A program made the position numbers and the translations under genes. 64,000 nt of DNA from the human T2T-CHM13v2.0 reference genome, Homo sapiens. The DNA is taken from assembly GCF_009914755.1 (NCBI RefSeq), contig NC_060929.1; one strand, written 5' to 3'. Positions within the stretch are counted from its first letter, which is position 1; every line of letters starts with the position of its first letter. Below, piece after piece: positions 26,830-39,414 of this stretch. Under the pieces are notes generated by a model. It ran no database searches and was not told the origin of the DNA. It worked only from the letters and a program-made list of their open reading frames with translations.

Positions 26830-27356
26830 CAGGAGTCCCCAACCCCAAGGCCATGGATTGGTACCCGTCTGTCTCCTGTTAGGTACAGAGCTGCACAGCA
26901 GGAGGTGAGCAGAGGGTAAGTGAGCAAAGCTTCGTCTGTATTTACAGCTGCTGCTTGTTGCTCACATTACCACCAGAGCTCTGCCTTCTGTCAGATCAGT
27001 GGTGGCATTAGATTCTCACAGGAGCATGAACCCTATTTTGAACTGTATATGGGAGGGATCTAGGTTGTGCACTCCTTATGAGAATCTAATGCCTGATGAT
27101 CTGTCACTCTCTCCCAGCACCCCCAGATGGAACTGTCTAGTTGCAGGAAAACAAGCTCAGCAATCCCACTGAGTCTATTTTATGGTAAGTTGTATAATTA
27201 TTGTATTATATATTGCAATGTAATAATAATAGAAATAAATTGCACAATACATGTGATGTGCTTGAATCATCCCCAAATCATACCCCCACCCAACAAGTCT
27301 GTGGAAAAATTGTCTATAAAACTGGTCCCTGGTGCCAAAAAGGTTGGGGACTGTTG
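26830..27356 (+). mobile_element. MER1A (hAT-Charlie)
   Basis: caggagtccccaacc...ggttggggactgttg TIRs; 8-bp TSD ccctaggt/ccctagat. Confidence 0.93.
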
Positions 27357-27653
27357 CCCTAGATGTCATTTTTATCTCATATTTACAGTGTGTAAGACTT
27401 TTATGGGGTGCTTGAGAATCTTATTATTAAGCACGACTTAGCTAAGACCCATAAATTAGCATTTTAATCAGTATCCAGGTGATTTAATTTAGTGACCAGG
27501 GAGAGCATCTTGAAAAATATTGTTCTAGGACATACTCAAAGTACTTCTTTGCTAAGAAAAAGAAAAAAAAATAAACCAAGCAACATCTTCTCATTTGATT
27601 AGAGGAATAGAAAAACAGGGACAGAAAGAAAAAAATCCCATCTTTGGCAGAAA

Positions 27654-27845
27654 AGGGTTGCCAGATTGAGCAAACAAAAATACAGTACATCCAGTTAAAT
27701 GTGAACTTCAGGTAAATAGCAGCAAATGTTTTTACTATGCATATGCCCTGTGCAATACTTGGGAGATACTTGTAGTAAAAAAATTATTCGTTACTTAATT
27801 AAAATTCAAATTGAACTGGGTATCTAGTTTTTATCTGGAAACCCT
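27654..27845. mobile_element. MER53 palindromic MITE
   Basis: TIRs agggttgccagat / atctggaaaccct; internal inverted arms. Confidence 0.85.
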
Positions 27846-29389
27846 ACAACAGAGATTCCAATCAAGTTTTCATTCAGTGGATTTTTAAGGCTGTGCTCAT
27901 GTTTGTCTAGGTCTAATTGGACATTTAAAAGGAAATGAGAGCATTGTTTTATTTTTTACAAAAAATATTCAAAAAGAAACACAGAAAAACAAAAACAAAA
28001 ACAAAAATTCTGTGCCATTATAGGAGACATGTTGCTAGGTGCTTTCCTCCAGTTGAGTGTAGCTCAGTCTGATAAAGCGTACTGAGATAGAATTCACCAT
28101 CTTGCTTCAGGTTACCTAGGAGATGATCTGTTTTACGAACCAAGCTGGGCTTTCCTCCTCATTACCAGGAAGATACCAAAATAAGCTCTCATGAGAGAAG
28201 ACCTTGACGCTTTTCAAATGGTAAATTTGAAATAAATTTATTTTTTGATTAAAATAAAAATCCCACCTAAACTTGACACAAGACTTTCAGCCAGCTATTA
28301 AATAGTTGTAAATTCACAATTAAAGGAGAAAAGACTCAGAAGTAGAAAATAGCTGGCAAATGTTCTGTAGCTATTGGCATGTGAGTAAACTTACTCTCCC
28401 TGCCTTTAAAAATGGGGTCATGATTTGTTCTGGTCTGTGGCTTAGATACAGCAGAAAGGTTGCTGGTTGACTGTGAGAATCCAATACACTGAGACATTGT
28501 CAGGGTGGAAAAGTCTGCAAACCGAAGACCATCCCATGCTGGTTGGGGTGGGAGCATTAAGCTTTTTGCCCTTTAGTGACCCTGGAGGACTCTACCCACT
28601 TAGAGTAAGATAGAACTTCGGCAATGGGGAAATGGCTACCTGCACTTTCAGGTTTCCCAGAAGCTAACTCAGGCTTCATTTCCTGATTGAACCTCCTATT
28701 CCTCTCCTTGCCAGTATGAGCAGGGAGGTAAGTGGAGGTGTTGCATGAGCACCCAATCTGGGTCCCCTGACTTCGCCCTGGCAGCATCTCACTGCTCTCA
28801 CCTTGCCTGGCCCTCAGCTACCTTGCCTGGCTCAGCTCTGTTGGAAGTAACCTTCAGACCCTAGCCAGTTTTACAATCACCTCCTACTCCATTTGTCTCA
28901 GAGAATCTTTGTAGATGTATTAGTTTGCTAGGGCTGTGTAACAAAGTATAGAAAATGGAGTGGCTTACACAAAATAAGTTTATTGTCTCACAGTTCTGGT
29001 GACCAGAAGCCTGATATCTAACAAAACTCTGAAGAATAGTCAGATAAACAGTGGTCAGAGCCTTGTACTCCTGGCATACTCAGTAAAAATGTGCAGCAAC
29101 TCTCAGGACTCACAGCAGATTGCCTCCCTCAACAGTGGCAATAAGTCCTGATCTGCATGACACAGTCCTAGTTTATCATTATTGCCCATGCATAATTATT
29201 AATGTGGCCCCCTTACATTTTCAAAAGCAGCGTGGACTCAGAATTTGTGAAACCTAAAGATTATATAATGGAGGAAACTTTGAGAAAATAAAATACAATT
29301 TTGAATACAAAATGATATGCAAAAGTAAATACATGTGGGAGCAAATGAAAATTGAAGCTAGATTGTATATCCTTCTCTTAAATGATAAT

Positions 29390-29625
29390 TTCTATATTCA
29401 TTGTATTTGAGGACACTCACCATGTGTCTAACACTGTGCTAAGCGTTTTGTGTATATTATTTTATCCTCGTAACAACTTATGGGCAAGTATTATGATTCC
29501 CATTAAAAAAATAAAATGATGAAATTGAGGTTCAGGACTTGGAGATGAAAGCTACCCAGCTAGGCAGCACTGGAAATGGCAGCAGAAGTCTAGGTGGGCT
29601 ACCATGGTCTTATCCACTATGCACT
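29390..29625 (-). mobile_element. MIR
   Basis: cactgtgctaagcgtttt...atcctcgtaacaac...gatgaaattgaggttcag. Confidence 0.65.
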
Positions 29626-31013
29626 GAGGAGGGGTGAATGTGGGCAGGGTGAGTGGAAGATAGAAAGAAACAGCGACAGAGAAGGGGACAGCTGTAAAAG
29701 ACATTGAAAAAGAGGAATTGAGAGAATTGGGAGCAAGCTAGGTTTAAGAGGGAAGAAAAGATTGGCAGAGTTTACTCTGAGGTTTTGAGCTTGTGGGACT
29801 GGAGAACGATGATAACTTTGACAGAAATAAAAAAGTCCAGAGAGGGAGCAATTGGGGGCAGGAGGTGGGAGAAGAGGTTGAGCTCTATTTCAAACATGCC
29901 CAGTTTGGACCTCATAGTCCCAGGAGTAATAGCCTGGGAGACCACAGTGCCAGCAGTCCAATAACCCCCAGGCAGAGATGCAGAGGAAAAGTTAAGTGTT
30001 GCAACAGACAAAGGAGAAGTTGGAAGGAAGTGAGAAACATCAGGTTTAAATTTTCCCAGGCTTGAATTTTGAGAACTTTTTCTTACAAGAAGCCATTTCA
30101 ATCATGCTTACTGATGATTGATGAGAGGGTGGGGTGTGAATTATATTTGCTCACTGCTGCCTGGTTCAATTTATTCTTTGGAGATTAGATATTATCCCCC
30201 CACACTTTTTTCCCTCAAGAAATGCAAAACAAGGTAAATTACTAACTAGCCAAGAAAAATAAAATGCTATTCCTTATTAACTTCCCTTAATGTCTGCCTT
30301 ATTCAGTAAGAATAAAGGGAACTTAACATTTTTCTTTGTCTTATTACTGGTTTGTTGTGAGATATTGAGTGCTTACTATAATTTCTGTTCCTCATTTTTC
30401 TGGTTGTAAAAGAAGGCTGTAACCATAAGAGGATTTTGTGGATTTATGAGCATAAAACCAATTGAGCTATTTAATGTACATTTTTGTGGAATAATTATTT
30501 AATGTGAATCCACATACATATGCTTTAAATTAACTCAGATGTGTATAAGAGGGAGAATATAGTACTAGATGATCTTGCACAACATAAATTCTCATGCTTA
30601 CCTAGTGAATCTGGAACCTAAAATTACTGAGAACATATTGACATCTTGACACTTTGTAATATCTCCTGCCTGCTCTCCTACACTCACAAACACTCCTACC
30701 TTCTACTGTTGGTTGCCACAAACCCCCAGAATGAAAGCTTTCTGTATTATCTGTTCTTTATATCTGTCCTTGCTTCCTTCCAATAGTTTAATAACCAAGA
30801 TTTAATCAATCTCATTTGTTCTTACTCTTCCTATTTGTTTTAATGGATACAGTGAAATACTGTAAAAGAATCACCTTGAAGAAGATTTTTTTCCAATTAT
30901 TTCTTGATCACTGTTTTAATAAACCATGATCAGGTACTGATTATTTCAGCTTTAGTGTGAATTGCCTATACATGAGAAAGAAAGACAGAAACTAATCAGT
31001 CCCAGTTGTATTC

Positions 31014-31212
31014 AAGCAATGGGTCTTAGTGTAATCTCTAAACCAGCAGTACCAGTTTCACCTGCAAAACTTATTAGAAATGCAGATTCTTGAGACCCAT
31101 CTAGACCGACTGCATCAGAAATTTAAGGAGAGATTAATCCCAGAACTTTTCATTTTAACTAGCCCTCTAAGGTTAGGTAATTCTCATGCACACTAAAGTT
31201 TGAGAACCATTG
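31014..31212 (+). mobile_element. MER5A
   Basis: accagcag...ttagaaatgcagattct...ttctcatgcacactaaagtttgagaaccattg. Confidence 0.75.
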
Positions 31213-31686
31213 TATTATAGTAACTGAATTTATTCAACATAAAATGGAAGACTATTCTTGACAGAGCAAAATTAATGTTCTCTGCCTTTCATCAGAAGGG
31301 ACTGGTTCTCAGAGGAAGGGCCTTCTCTGGGTTTTTCTTTAAAAAAAAAAAATAGTGCCTTGCCTCTGCCATGAGCTAAGTACTCTTGGGCAAATCTCTT
31401 TAATCTTTCTAGGTCTCATTTTCCTCATCTATAAAATTAGAACCTCAAAAATATAATCTCCATAATTTCCTAATAATTTATTTTCTAGATTTGAGTATAT
31501 CAATCTCTTTTGTGGCTAACAGCATTTATTTGTAAGAGGGAAGACAAGAGTCAGCATTATATGGTTATACTAACATGTGCACATGGCAATGAAACCTGTA
31601 TTCTTAGTCTCTAGACTACCATCAGGCTTATTTTGTGCCCCAAACAAACAAACAAGCAAACAAAACATTGAATCACATCTCTATAG

Positions 31687-31910
31687 CAGAGGTGAGCAAC
31701 ATTTTTCTGTAAAAGACTAGATAAATCTGTAAATATTTTAGGTTTAGGGGGTGATTAGTCTCAGTTATTACTACTCAGCTCTGCCACTGTAACACAAAAC
31801 AGCCATAAATAATATGTAAAGGAACATGGCAAAAGTCCCCAGGAGAATTTACTTATGAAAACAGATGGTGGCTGAATGTGGCCCGTGGGCCATAGTTTTT
31901 CCAAAAGTTG
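31687..31910 (-). mobile_element. MER58A
   Basis: tttttctgtaaaag...taaatattttaggttt...ctactcagctctgccactgta...tggcccgtgggccatagttt. Confidence 0.8.
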
Positions 31911-32350
31911 CTTTATAAAGCCTCTATTTAAAAAAATAAAAATAAGGGATTTAACCATTTTGCAGTTGGTTACTTAGTATTAATCAGATATTTAGTAACA
32001 CATCCTCTAGTAATCCATTCACTGCTGCAATCTTCAAAAGCAACCAGACACGTCTAATGTCCCTCTTTGGCTTTGCTAATGGTTGATATGTAAACAATCA
32101 AAGTATAGTATTGACTAGATCCAGCTTTATGCCTAATTCTCCTCTTTAATGTCCAATGGAAGAGAGTGTTCTGCTTTCATAGACATACTTTTAAATAGTT
32201 TGGGTTTACCATTCCTATTGTAACAAATATATACCCAAAGAGAAATTAATTTACCTCTGCAGCTTTGGTTCCTTACAATGATCATTTTGATTGTACATTA
32301 GCCACTGGTTTACTGTACAATTCTTATCCAAAACTGCCTCTGCAGAATAG

Positions 32351-33186
32351 TGTGTAGGAAAAAAACAAAAACTCAATTTCTCCTATTATACTCTCACCAC
32401 ATGGATTACTTCTGTGACATTTGGTCACCAAAATGTGCATGGAAATTTCTCCCCACTAGTAACCAATTCTGCAGCTGACACCAGATAAGTGTCCTGAAAT
32501 TTAATTCAATTCTGACACTATCTATCTGGAGATAATGTCAGATCCTACAGGTTGAGGGCACAGTCTCCAAGACTCCCCCAATTTAGATGCCAGTTACTAC
32601 TGCAAGCCTCTGGACCTTCTGGCCAACAGGCTACAAATTAGTTCTCACAACCCTCTCCTCAGGTTCCACTAATTGGCTAGAGCAGCACACAGAACTCAGA
32701 GAAACACTTACCTGTGTCTACCAGCTCATATAAAGGCTATTACAAAGGATACAGACGAACAGTCAGACAGAAAAGGTGTATAGGGTGAGCTACAGGGGAA
32801 GGGGTGCAGAGCTTCCATGACTTCTTCAGGCATACCACCCTCCAGGGATCTCATGTTCAGCTATCCAGAATCCTCTCAAACCCAGCCCTTTTGGGTTTTT
32901 GTGGAAGCTTCATTCTGTAGGCATGATTAAATAATTCATTGGCCATTGGTGATCAACTTAACCTTTAGCCCCTCTGCCCTTTCTGGAGGTTGTGGGGTGT
33001 GGCTAAAAATCCCAATTCTCTAATTATGCCTTGATCTTTCCAGAAACCAGCCCCCAATCTAAAGCTACCAAGAGGGTATGCCTGCCACCAATCTTCTCAT
33101 TAGCACACAGAAGACACGCTTATCTAATGCTTTCAGGAGCTACCTGTCAGGGAACAAAGCCCAAATATATATTTCACAACATCACA
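32351..33186 (-). mobile_element. MER21 (B/C) LTR
   Basis: aattcaattctgacactatctatctggagata...; ends caaatatatatttcacaacatcaca (reverse complement of the MER21 start); TSD atag/gtag. Confidence 0.88.
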
Positions 33187-33964
33187 GTAGGTTATTGGTA
33201 CTGTCTTATCAAACTTATTGAAAGGACATCTTTTACAAGCCTCCTTTATTTTAAAACCTTCAATGAGAAAGTCAAAGATACTATTGCAAGTCATGACATG
33301 CATGTAAATTCAATACCTGCTATTAGTGTCTTTTTCTAATTACTAGGTTAGTAAATGTGGGTAGAGAAGGAGAAAGGCCCAAGATAGTGCTTTAATTCTT
33401 AACTGTGTGAAGCCATCCCAGAAACACAGCAATTGGGCTCATTTCATAAATGGAAAAGAAAAGAAAAGAAAAAAAAACACTAGACATCTTTCCAAGTACA
33501 ATAAGAAAACATGTTGGGTAATTTTGAAATTTCCCACCCTTCACTCTGGTCCCAAGTGGAAGCATATGCCAGACTAACAGCTTGAACTTATTCTGAACTT
33601 TGAGTTAGATTCATTCTAACTTCCCTTATATTGTTATTCTCTCAATATTATTTATATTACCCTCTGTGCCCACTTATAATTAGTCCTCAGTTGAAATTTT
33701 GCAGAATACAATGCTTAAAAGAGAGCCAAGTCTTGGACTGTTGGGGTTTCTACCAACTTGATAAACATCTTGTCACTGTGTGCTGACTGAAAAACAGACA
33801 CCACAAAGATAATGGTCCACTGTGTTTTAAATGGTTATAATAGGCCATATTTCCAAAAAGTATATAAAATGAGAAATGGAGATGAGATTAGAATGATGTG
33901 ATCGTGGCTACATGCATCTTTATGTGCTAAAAGGGGCCTATGGTCCACCTTCCCCTGCATTTTA

Positions 33965-34303
33965 TTTTCTTTACTTTCTCTTCTCCTTCTTTTTCTTTTT
34001 CTTTTTTTTTTTTTTTTTTTTTGAGACAGAGTCTCACTCTGCTGCTCAGGTTGGAGTGCAGTGGTGTGATCTTGGCTCACTGAAACCTCTGCCTCCAAGG
34101 CACAAGGGATCCTCCCACCTCAGCCTCCCAAGTAGCTGGGACTATAGGTGTGTGCCACTACGCCCGGCTAATTTTATAATTGTTTGCAGAGACTGGGTCT
34201 TGCCATGTTGCAGAGGCTGGTCTAGAACTCCTGGACTCAAGGAATCCTCCCACCTTGGCCTCCCAAAATGCTGGGACTACAGGCATGAGCTACCGTGCCT
34301 GAC
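33965..34303 (-). mobile_element. AluJ with long T/C-rich tail
   Basis: gatcctcccacctcagcctccc and gaactcctggactcaag J diagnostics; TSD-like cccctgcatttt/ccccggcatttt. Confidence 0.95.
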
Positions 34304-34366
34304 ACCCCGGCATTTTCTGATGTAAAATAATCTATTTCTTAAAGAACATTTCATTAGATAAATATA

Positions 34367-34627
34367 TCTTATCACATTAAGGCACCACTCTTATGACCTC
34401 CTTGAACCTTAATTACCTCCTAGGTATTTCTGATGAGAGCACAGGGAAGGTGATCCAAAGGATTGTTAGGGAACTCAAAAGATCATCCCAGACTGTAGCT
34501 GGTAGAAGGTTCTAAAAAGGAGCTGCTTTGGCAGAATGGCAATATTGCTTTGCCATCAGTTAATTTGCTGCTGTTGGTATTTATAGAACTTTGTTTCAAA
34601 ACAAAAGTTAAATGGGATCCAGTTAAA
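34367..34627. repeat. Inverted repeat, left arm (261 bp; partner 37937-38197)
   Basis: Manual alignment to the reverse complement of 37937-38197: 12 substitutions, no indels. Confidence 0.96.
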
Positions 34628-34682
34628 TTCCCTGCTCCTTGAAAATTCCAGTCTGTACCATACATGGGCTGAGAGAAAGCCA

Positions 34683-35103
34683 TGTGGCAGGATATTGCAG
34701 TAGAATGCTGCCGATATGAACTTCATCAATGAGTTTGAAGGGAATATCAGTGATGCCCACTCTAGCATGCCTTAGGATAAAAATACTAACCACTGGAAAG
34801 CACCTGGCCCAAGAATGTGATTCATGGAACGGAGGCCACAGCTCTCCACTAGGCATGGCTGAAGCTGAAGGATAATAGCTTCTTCATCTGTCAGAAGTGA
34901 TGAATTGAGGTGTGACCTAGTTCCTCAGAGAGATTGAGCTCCAGTGCTCCCAGCAATAACATGTTTAATAATGTACTTCCTTTCCCTCCCTGTCTTGTTT
35001 TCTGCTCACCTACTGATTCCCTTTGAGATCACCCCTCAAATAAACTATTTGCTCTCAACTCTTTGTCTCTGCATCTGCTTCTGGGGGAACCCAACCTAAG
35101 ACA
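34683..35103 (+). mobile_element. LTR16-type ERVL LTR
   Basis: tgtggcag start; ...aaataaactatttgctctcaa...ctgcttctgggggaacccaacctaagaca end. Confidence 0.75.
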
Positions 35104-35509
35104 CACACTTTGGAAATCTTTTATATATTCCTACAAGCATTCAGTAAATTTGAACTGGACTTTCTTCTCTTCTTGATGTTTTATTTTTGAGGCAAACTGA
35201 GAAGATGGATTTTATAATCTAAAAATGGTTTTCACTAAAGGGGTCTTGAATCTCGAATCTCTACCCCTGAATTGTCACAAGTTGAGATAGATGTTTTGCT
35301 GCTTGAAATGGTTGTGATAAATGCTACCTGAAACTCTGGGAGAAGATTCAGATTTCCAATTTCTATGTCCTAGTCAGATTTGACAAATCAAAACATTAGG
35401 ACCAGTCTGCTAGTCAGAATTAATTTTGGTCTTCCTACCATCTATTTACTGAATTCTATTGGCCGAAAATAAAGAGGTAATCAAAATTAGGATTAGGGGA
35501 TTATTCTGA

Positions 35510-35720
35510 AACACATTGAGTTTATATATGTGCCAGAGCCTCATTTGACCCTTATAGTGACCTGTAAATTTAGTGAGATTATAACTTCGATTTTACAGAT
35601 GAGGAAACTGAGGCTAGGACAGGTTAAATAACTTGTCTAAAAATTACAGCCAGTAGAGCCACGTTTCTAAACCATCTTAGTCCAGGATGCAAACTCTTAC
35701 CCACTAAGCTGTGCTGCTTC
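35510..35720 (-). mobile_element. MIR
   Basis: ttttacagatgaggaaactgaggct...ggttaaataacttgtc core. Confidence 0.8.
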
Positions 35721-36944
35721 TGCAGAGGCTTCTTAACTATCAATAGTGATAAACTCTGTCAGCGATACATGATGAGAACAGTCTTATATGGAAGAACCAT
35801 GACATAGGGAGAACAACTTTTGACCCAGAATAAAGAAATATAGATTTCAGGGCCAGTCCGTTGTATGATAGACAAATTTTTCCACTCTTCTTAGTCTTTT
35901 TTCTTCTATGCAAAATGAAGAAGTTAGAATAAATAACTTCTAGTTATGAAATTGTACTGTTCTACTCTAAGAAGCTTCTTTTCAAATTGCTATGGTTTTA
36001 TTAATATAGCATAATTGTAGTAGTCATAGATTCAGGAACCCTGCCTAAGATGTAGCACTAAGTTAGAGAGTTAAAGAACACTTCTGTTGGATTGAAATAT
36101 TAGGATGACCATAGATCAATAAGAAAACTTCAGGTATAAAAGGCAATTTAAATAGGCATTTAGATGGAGAAATTACCCCAATTGTCCCTAAATCAAAGAG
36201 AATTTTACATTTTAATTATTTCTATTAAACTACTCTACATTCACGTCACACTGTACTACCTACTTCAATTTTAATATGATTGAAGAGGAGTTAGCTAGCT
36301 GCAAATCTAGCTGAGGGACTGAGATACTGACAAAGAATTCAGAAGTCTCATCACTGGGTATTCTTACTGTGGCTTCCATGTATTTTAAGGTGATAAGAGA
36401 TGAAAAACAGAAGCAACAAAAAAAATCTGACAAATGCTGATGCCCTCCCATTCTTGACCCTCCAGAGAGAAGGAAAATGCTGTCCCTAGTGAAAAAGTTA
36501 ACCTGTTGTTTAAATCACATAATCCTTACCTGCACATTTCAGTTCTCTCAGAACTCAGATGTTTGAGGTTGGAATCTGGCAGCTCACAGGATTCATTAAC
36601 ATTAGAAATACATAGATGAGGCAGTAGGCCTGGTACAGAAAACCACCTGGATAAACTCCTTTTGCTAAGAAGAATCGGGAGTACTCACATTTTTATCTTC
36701 ATGTAACAATGTAGTCTTGATTTCATTTTATAGTCACAATACCATGGCCATCTCTGAATATGGAGGAATCTTTAGATGATAGAATATTAGTATTTTAGTA
36801 TTTTCAGGACCTCTGGCTCATTATACCTCTGAGGATACACCAGAATGGAAGCTTGGTATGCCAAACATTATAATCTTTTGAGAACAAGTTAAAAAGTAAG
36901 ACAAGTAAGTTGAAAAAATCAGCTTTGAAACAAATTTAGTTATA

Positions 36945-37954
36945 ATTTTTATTTTAAGTTCAGGGGTAAAAGTGCATGTTTGTTACATAGATAAAGTTTT
37001 GTCATGGTGGTTTGTTGTACAGATTTTTTCATCACTCAGGTATTAAACCTAGTATCCATTGGTTATTTTTCCTAATCCTCTCCTCCCTCCTACCCTCTAC
37101 CCTCCAAAAGGCCCCAGTATGTGTTTTTCCACTCTATGTGTCCATGTGTTCTCATCATTTAGCTCCCACTTATAAGTGAGAATATGCAGTATTTGATTTT
37201 TCTGTTTCTGTGTGAGTTTGCTAAGAATAATGGCCTCCAGCTCCATCCATGTTCCTGCAAAGGCCACGATTTCATTCTTTTTTATTACTACATAGTATTC
37301 CATGGTATATATGTACTACATTTTCTTTATCCACTCCATCATTGATGGACATTTAGGTTGATTCCATGTCTTTGCTATTGTGAACAGTTGTGCAATGAAT
37401 ATACATATGCATGTATCTTTATAATAGAACGATTTATATTCCTTTGGGTATATACCCAGTAATGAGATTGCTGGGTGGAATGGTATTTCTGTCTTTAGGT
37501 CTTTGAGGAATCACTACACTGTCTTCCACAATTGCTGAACTAATTTACACTCTCACCAACAGTGTATAAGCATTACTTTTTCTCCACAACCTCACCAGCA
37601 TCTGTTGTTTTTTGACTTTTTATTTTTAATAATAGCCATTCTGACTGGTGAGAAGTGGTATCTCATTGTGGATTTGATTTGCAATTTTCTAATGATCAGT
37701 GATGTTGAGCTTTTTATATATGTTTATTTGGCCACATGTATATCTTCTTTTGAGAAGCATCTGTTTATGTCCTTTCCCCACTTTTTAATGGTTTTTCTCC
37801 TTGTAAATTTAAGTTCCTTATAGATGCTGGATATTAGACCTTCACTGGATGCACAGCTTGCAAAAATTTTCTCCCATTCTGTAGGTTGTCTCTTTACTCT
37901 GTTGATAGTTTCTTTTGCTGTCCAGAAGCTCTTTAGTTTAATTGGATCCCATTT
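36945..37954 (-). mobile_element. L1PA13-like 3' end (about 1 kb), 5' side fused to the inverted-repeat arm
   Basis: ttttaagttcaggggta...tgtccatgtgttctcatcatttagctcccacttataagtgagaa...cagaagctctttagtttaattggatcccattt. Confidence 0.92.
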
Positions 37955-38197
37955 AACTTTTGCTTTGACACAAAGTTCTGTAAATACCAACAGCAGCAAA
38001 TTAACTGATGGCAAAGCATTATTGCCATTCTGCCAAAGCAGCTCCATTTTAGAACCTTCTACCAGCTACAGTCTGGGATGATCTTTTGAGCTCCCTAACA
38101 ATCTTTTGGATCACCTTTCCTGTGCTCTCATCAGAAATACCTGCGAGGTAATTAGGGTTCAAGGAGGTCATAAGAGTGGTGCCTTAATGTGATAAGA
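37937..38197. repeat. Inverted repeat, right arm (261 bp; partner 34367-34627)
   Basis: As for the left arm; the ORF track also shows near-identical peptides ([27 protein letters not shown]) on opposite strands. Confidence 0.96.
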
Positions 38198-38400
38198 CTA
38201 TGGCCTAATAAGAAGATGAGGGGAATAAGATCTCTTTCTCCCTTCCTGCCATGTGAGGACAGAGCAAGAAGGCTCTGTCTGCAAGCCAGGAAGAGGGCTC
38301 TTACCAGGAATCAAATTGGCTGGCACCTTGATCTGGGACTTCCAGCCTTCAAAACTGTAGGAAAATAAATTTCTGTTGCTTAAGGCTAAAAAAGAAAGAA
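38144..38400 (+). mobile_element. MLT1A-type LTR 3' part ending at its poly(A) site, followed by an A-rich tail
   Basis: gaggtaattagg...gccatgtgaggaca...ggacttccagccttc...AATAAA (38364-38369)...ttaaggct, then aaaaaagaaagaaa. Confidence 0.8.
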
Positions 38401-39414
38401 ATAACCTTGATACGTAAAGCACACTAGCACATCTTCAGGCACAAACAACCACAAGCAGCTTATAGCAGAAAAAATATCTGGCTTCAGCTCTCTGGTAGGT
38501 AGATCCCTCTGCTTCTCATTTCAATATGGTTTGTTCCCAATTAACCAACATATAAAACACCTTGAGAATTAAAACATCCTTTAGTAATTTATTTTCAGGA
38601 CTGATTGGTATACGCTACAATAAACAATAGACCACATATTATTTCAATGAAGAACCAATGTTATTTTTATGTAGATTGATTAGAAGTATTAGGTTCTATT
38701 AATAGTTACTATTAAATGAATGTTGTTTATTTTTATATTAGCAAATGAAGCTATTGCTTTTTCCAGGATTCTCACAACTCAAAATTGATTTGGCTTTTCT
38801 TATTTGGGCATCAGATTGCAGAATTCATTTTGTTTGCACACTCGTGGGCTTGTTTGGCAATATTACTCACCAGGTGTACTTTTCCCATTAGAATATCTGT
38901 GGTGGGTATTTTTTTCAAATGTATTAGGTAATATTTTGCCAGATGCATTTCAATGTATTGTTTTCTGCCTAGGACACTTCTGTACGTCTGGGGCTCCAGC
39001 TACTTGCTGTTCTCACTTCAGACTGTGCTTTGGGACTATTACACCATTTTTCAGCAGCCCACTAATGAGCACATTCAGTGAATCTACCTTGCCTACTGCC
39101 CTCTTTAAAACCTGATAAACCCACACCACTAGACACACATGTTGCCTTTTCAAATTTTCTGTTGTTTGAGAAAATTTTCCTTTCCATATATTTAGATAGG
39201 CTCCTAGGGTGGTGAATTCATTCCTTGGATTTGGCATCTTCTAGAAAAAAAAATCCTGATAAAAATCTGAAGACTAAACGAAGACTCAGCCTAGGACAAA
39301 ATGATGGCAGAGGAAGCTTCTCTTCTCCCCCATTCCCTTCAGTGCCTTTCTCCATTCTCAGTGTCTTTCTCTTCTTCTGATACCCTGGTCCCCACAGCAT
39401 GGAAGGGAATGATC

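Noticed and set aside
33912-34325. ORFs with Alu-type peptides (also at 7533, 15786, 50162-51095, 52495)
   Set aside because: These are translations of Alu sequence, not genes.
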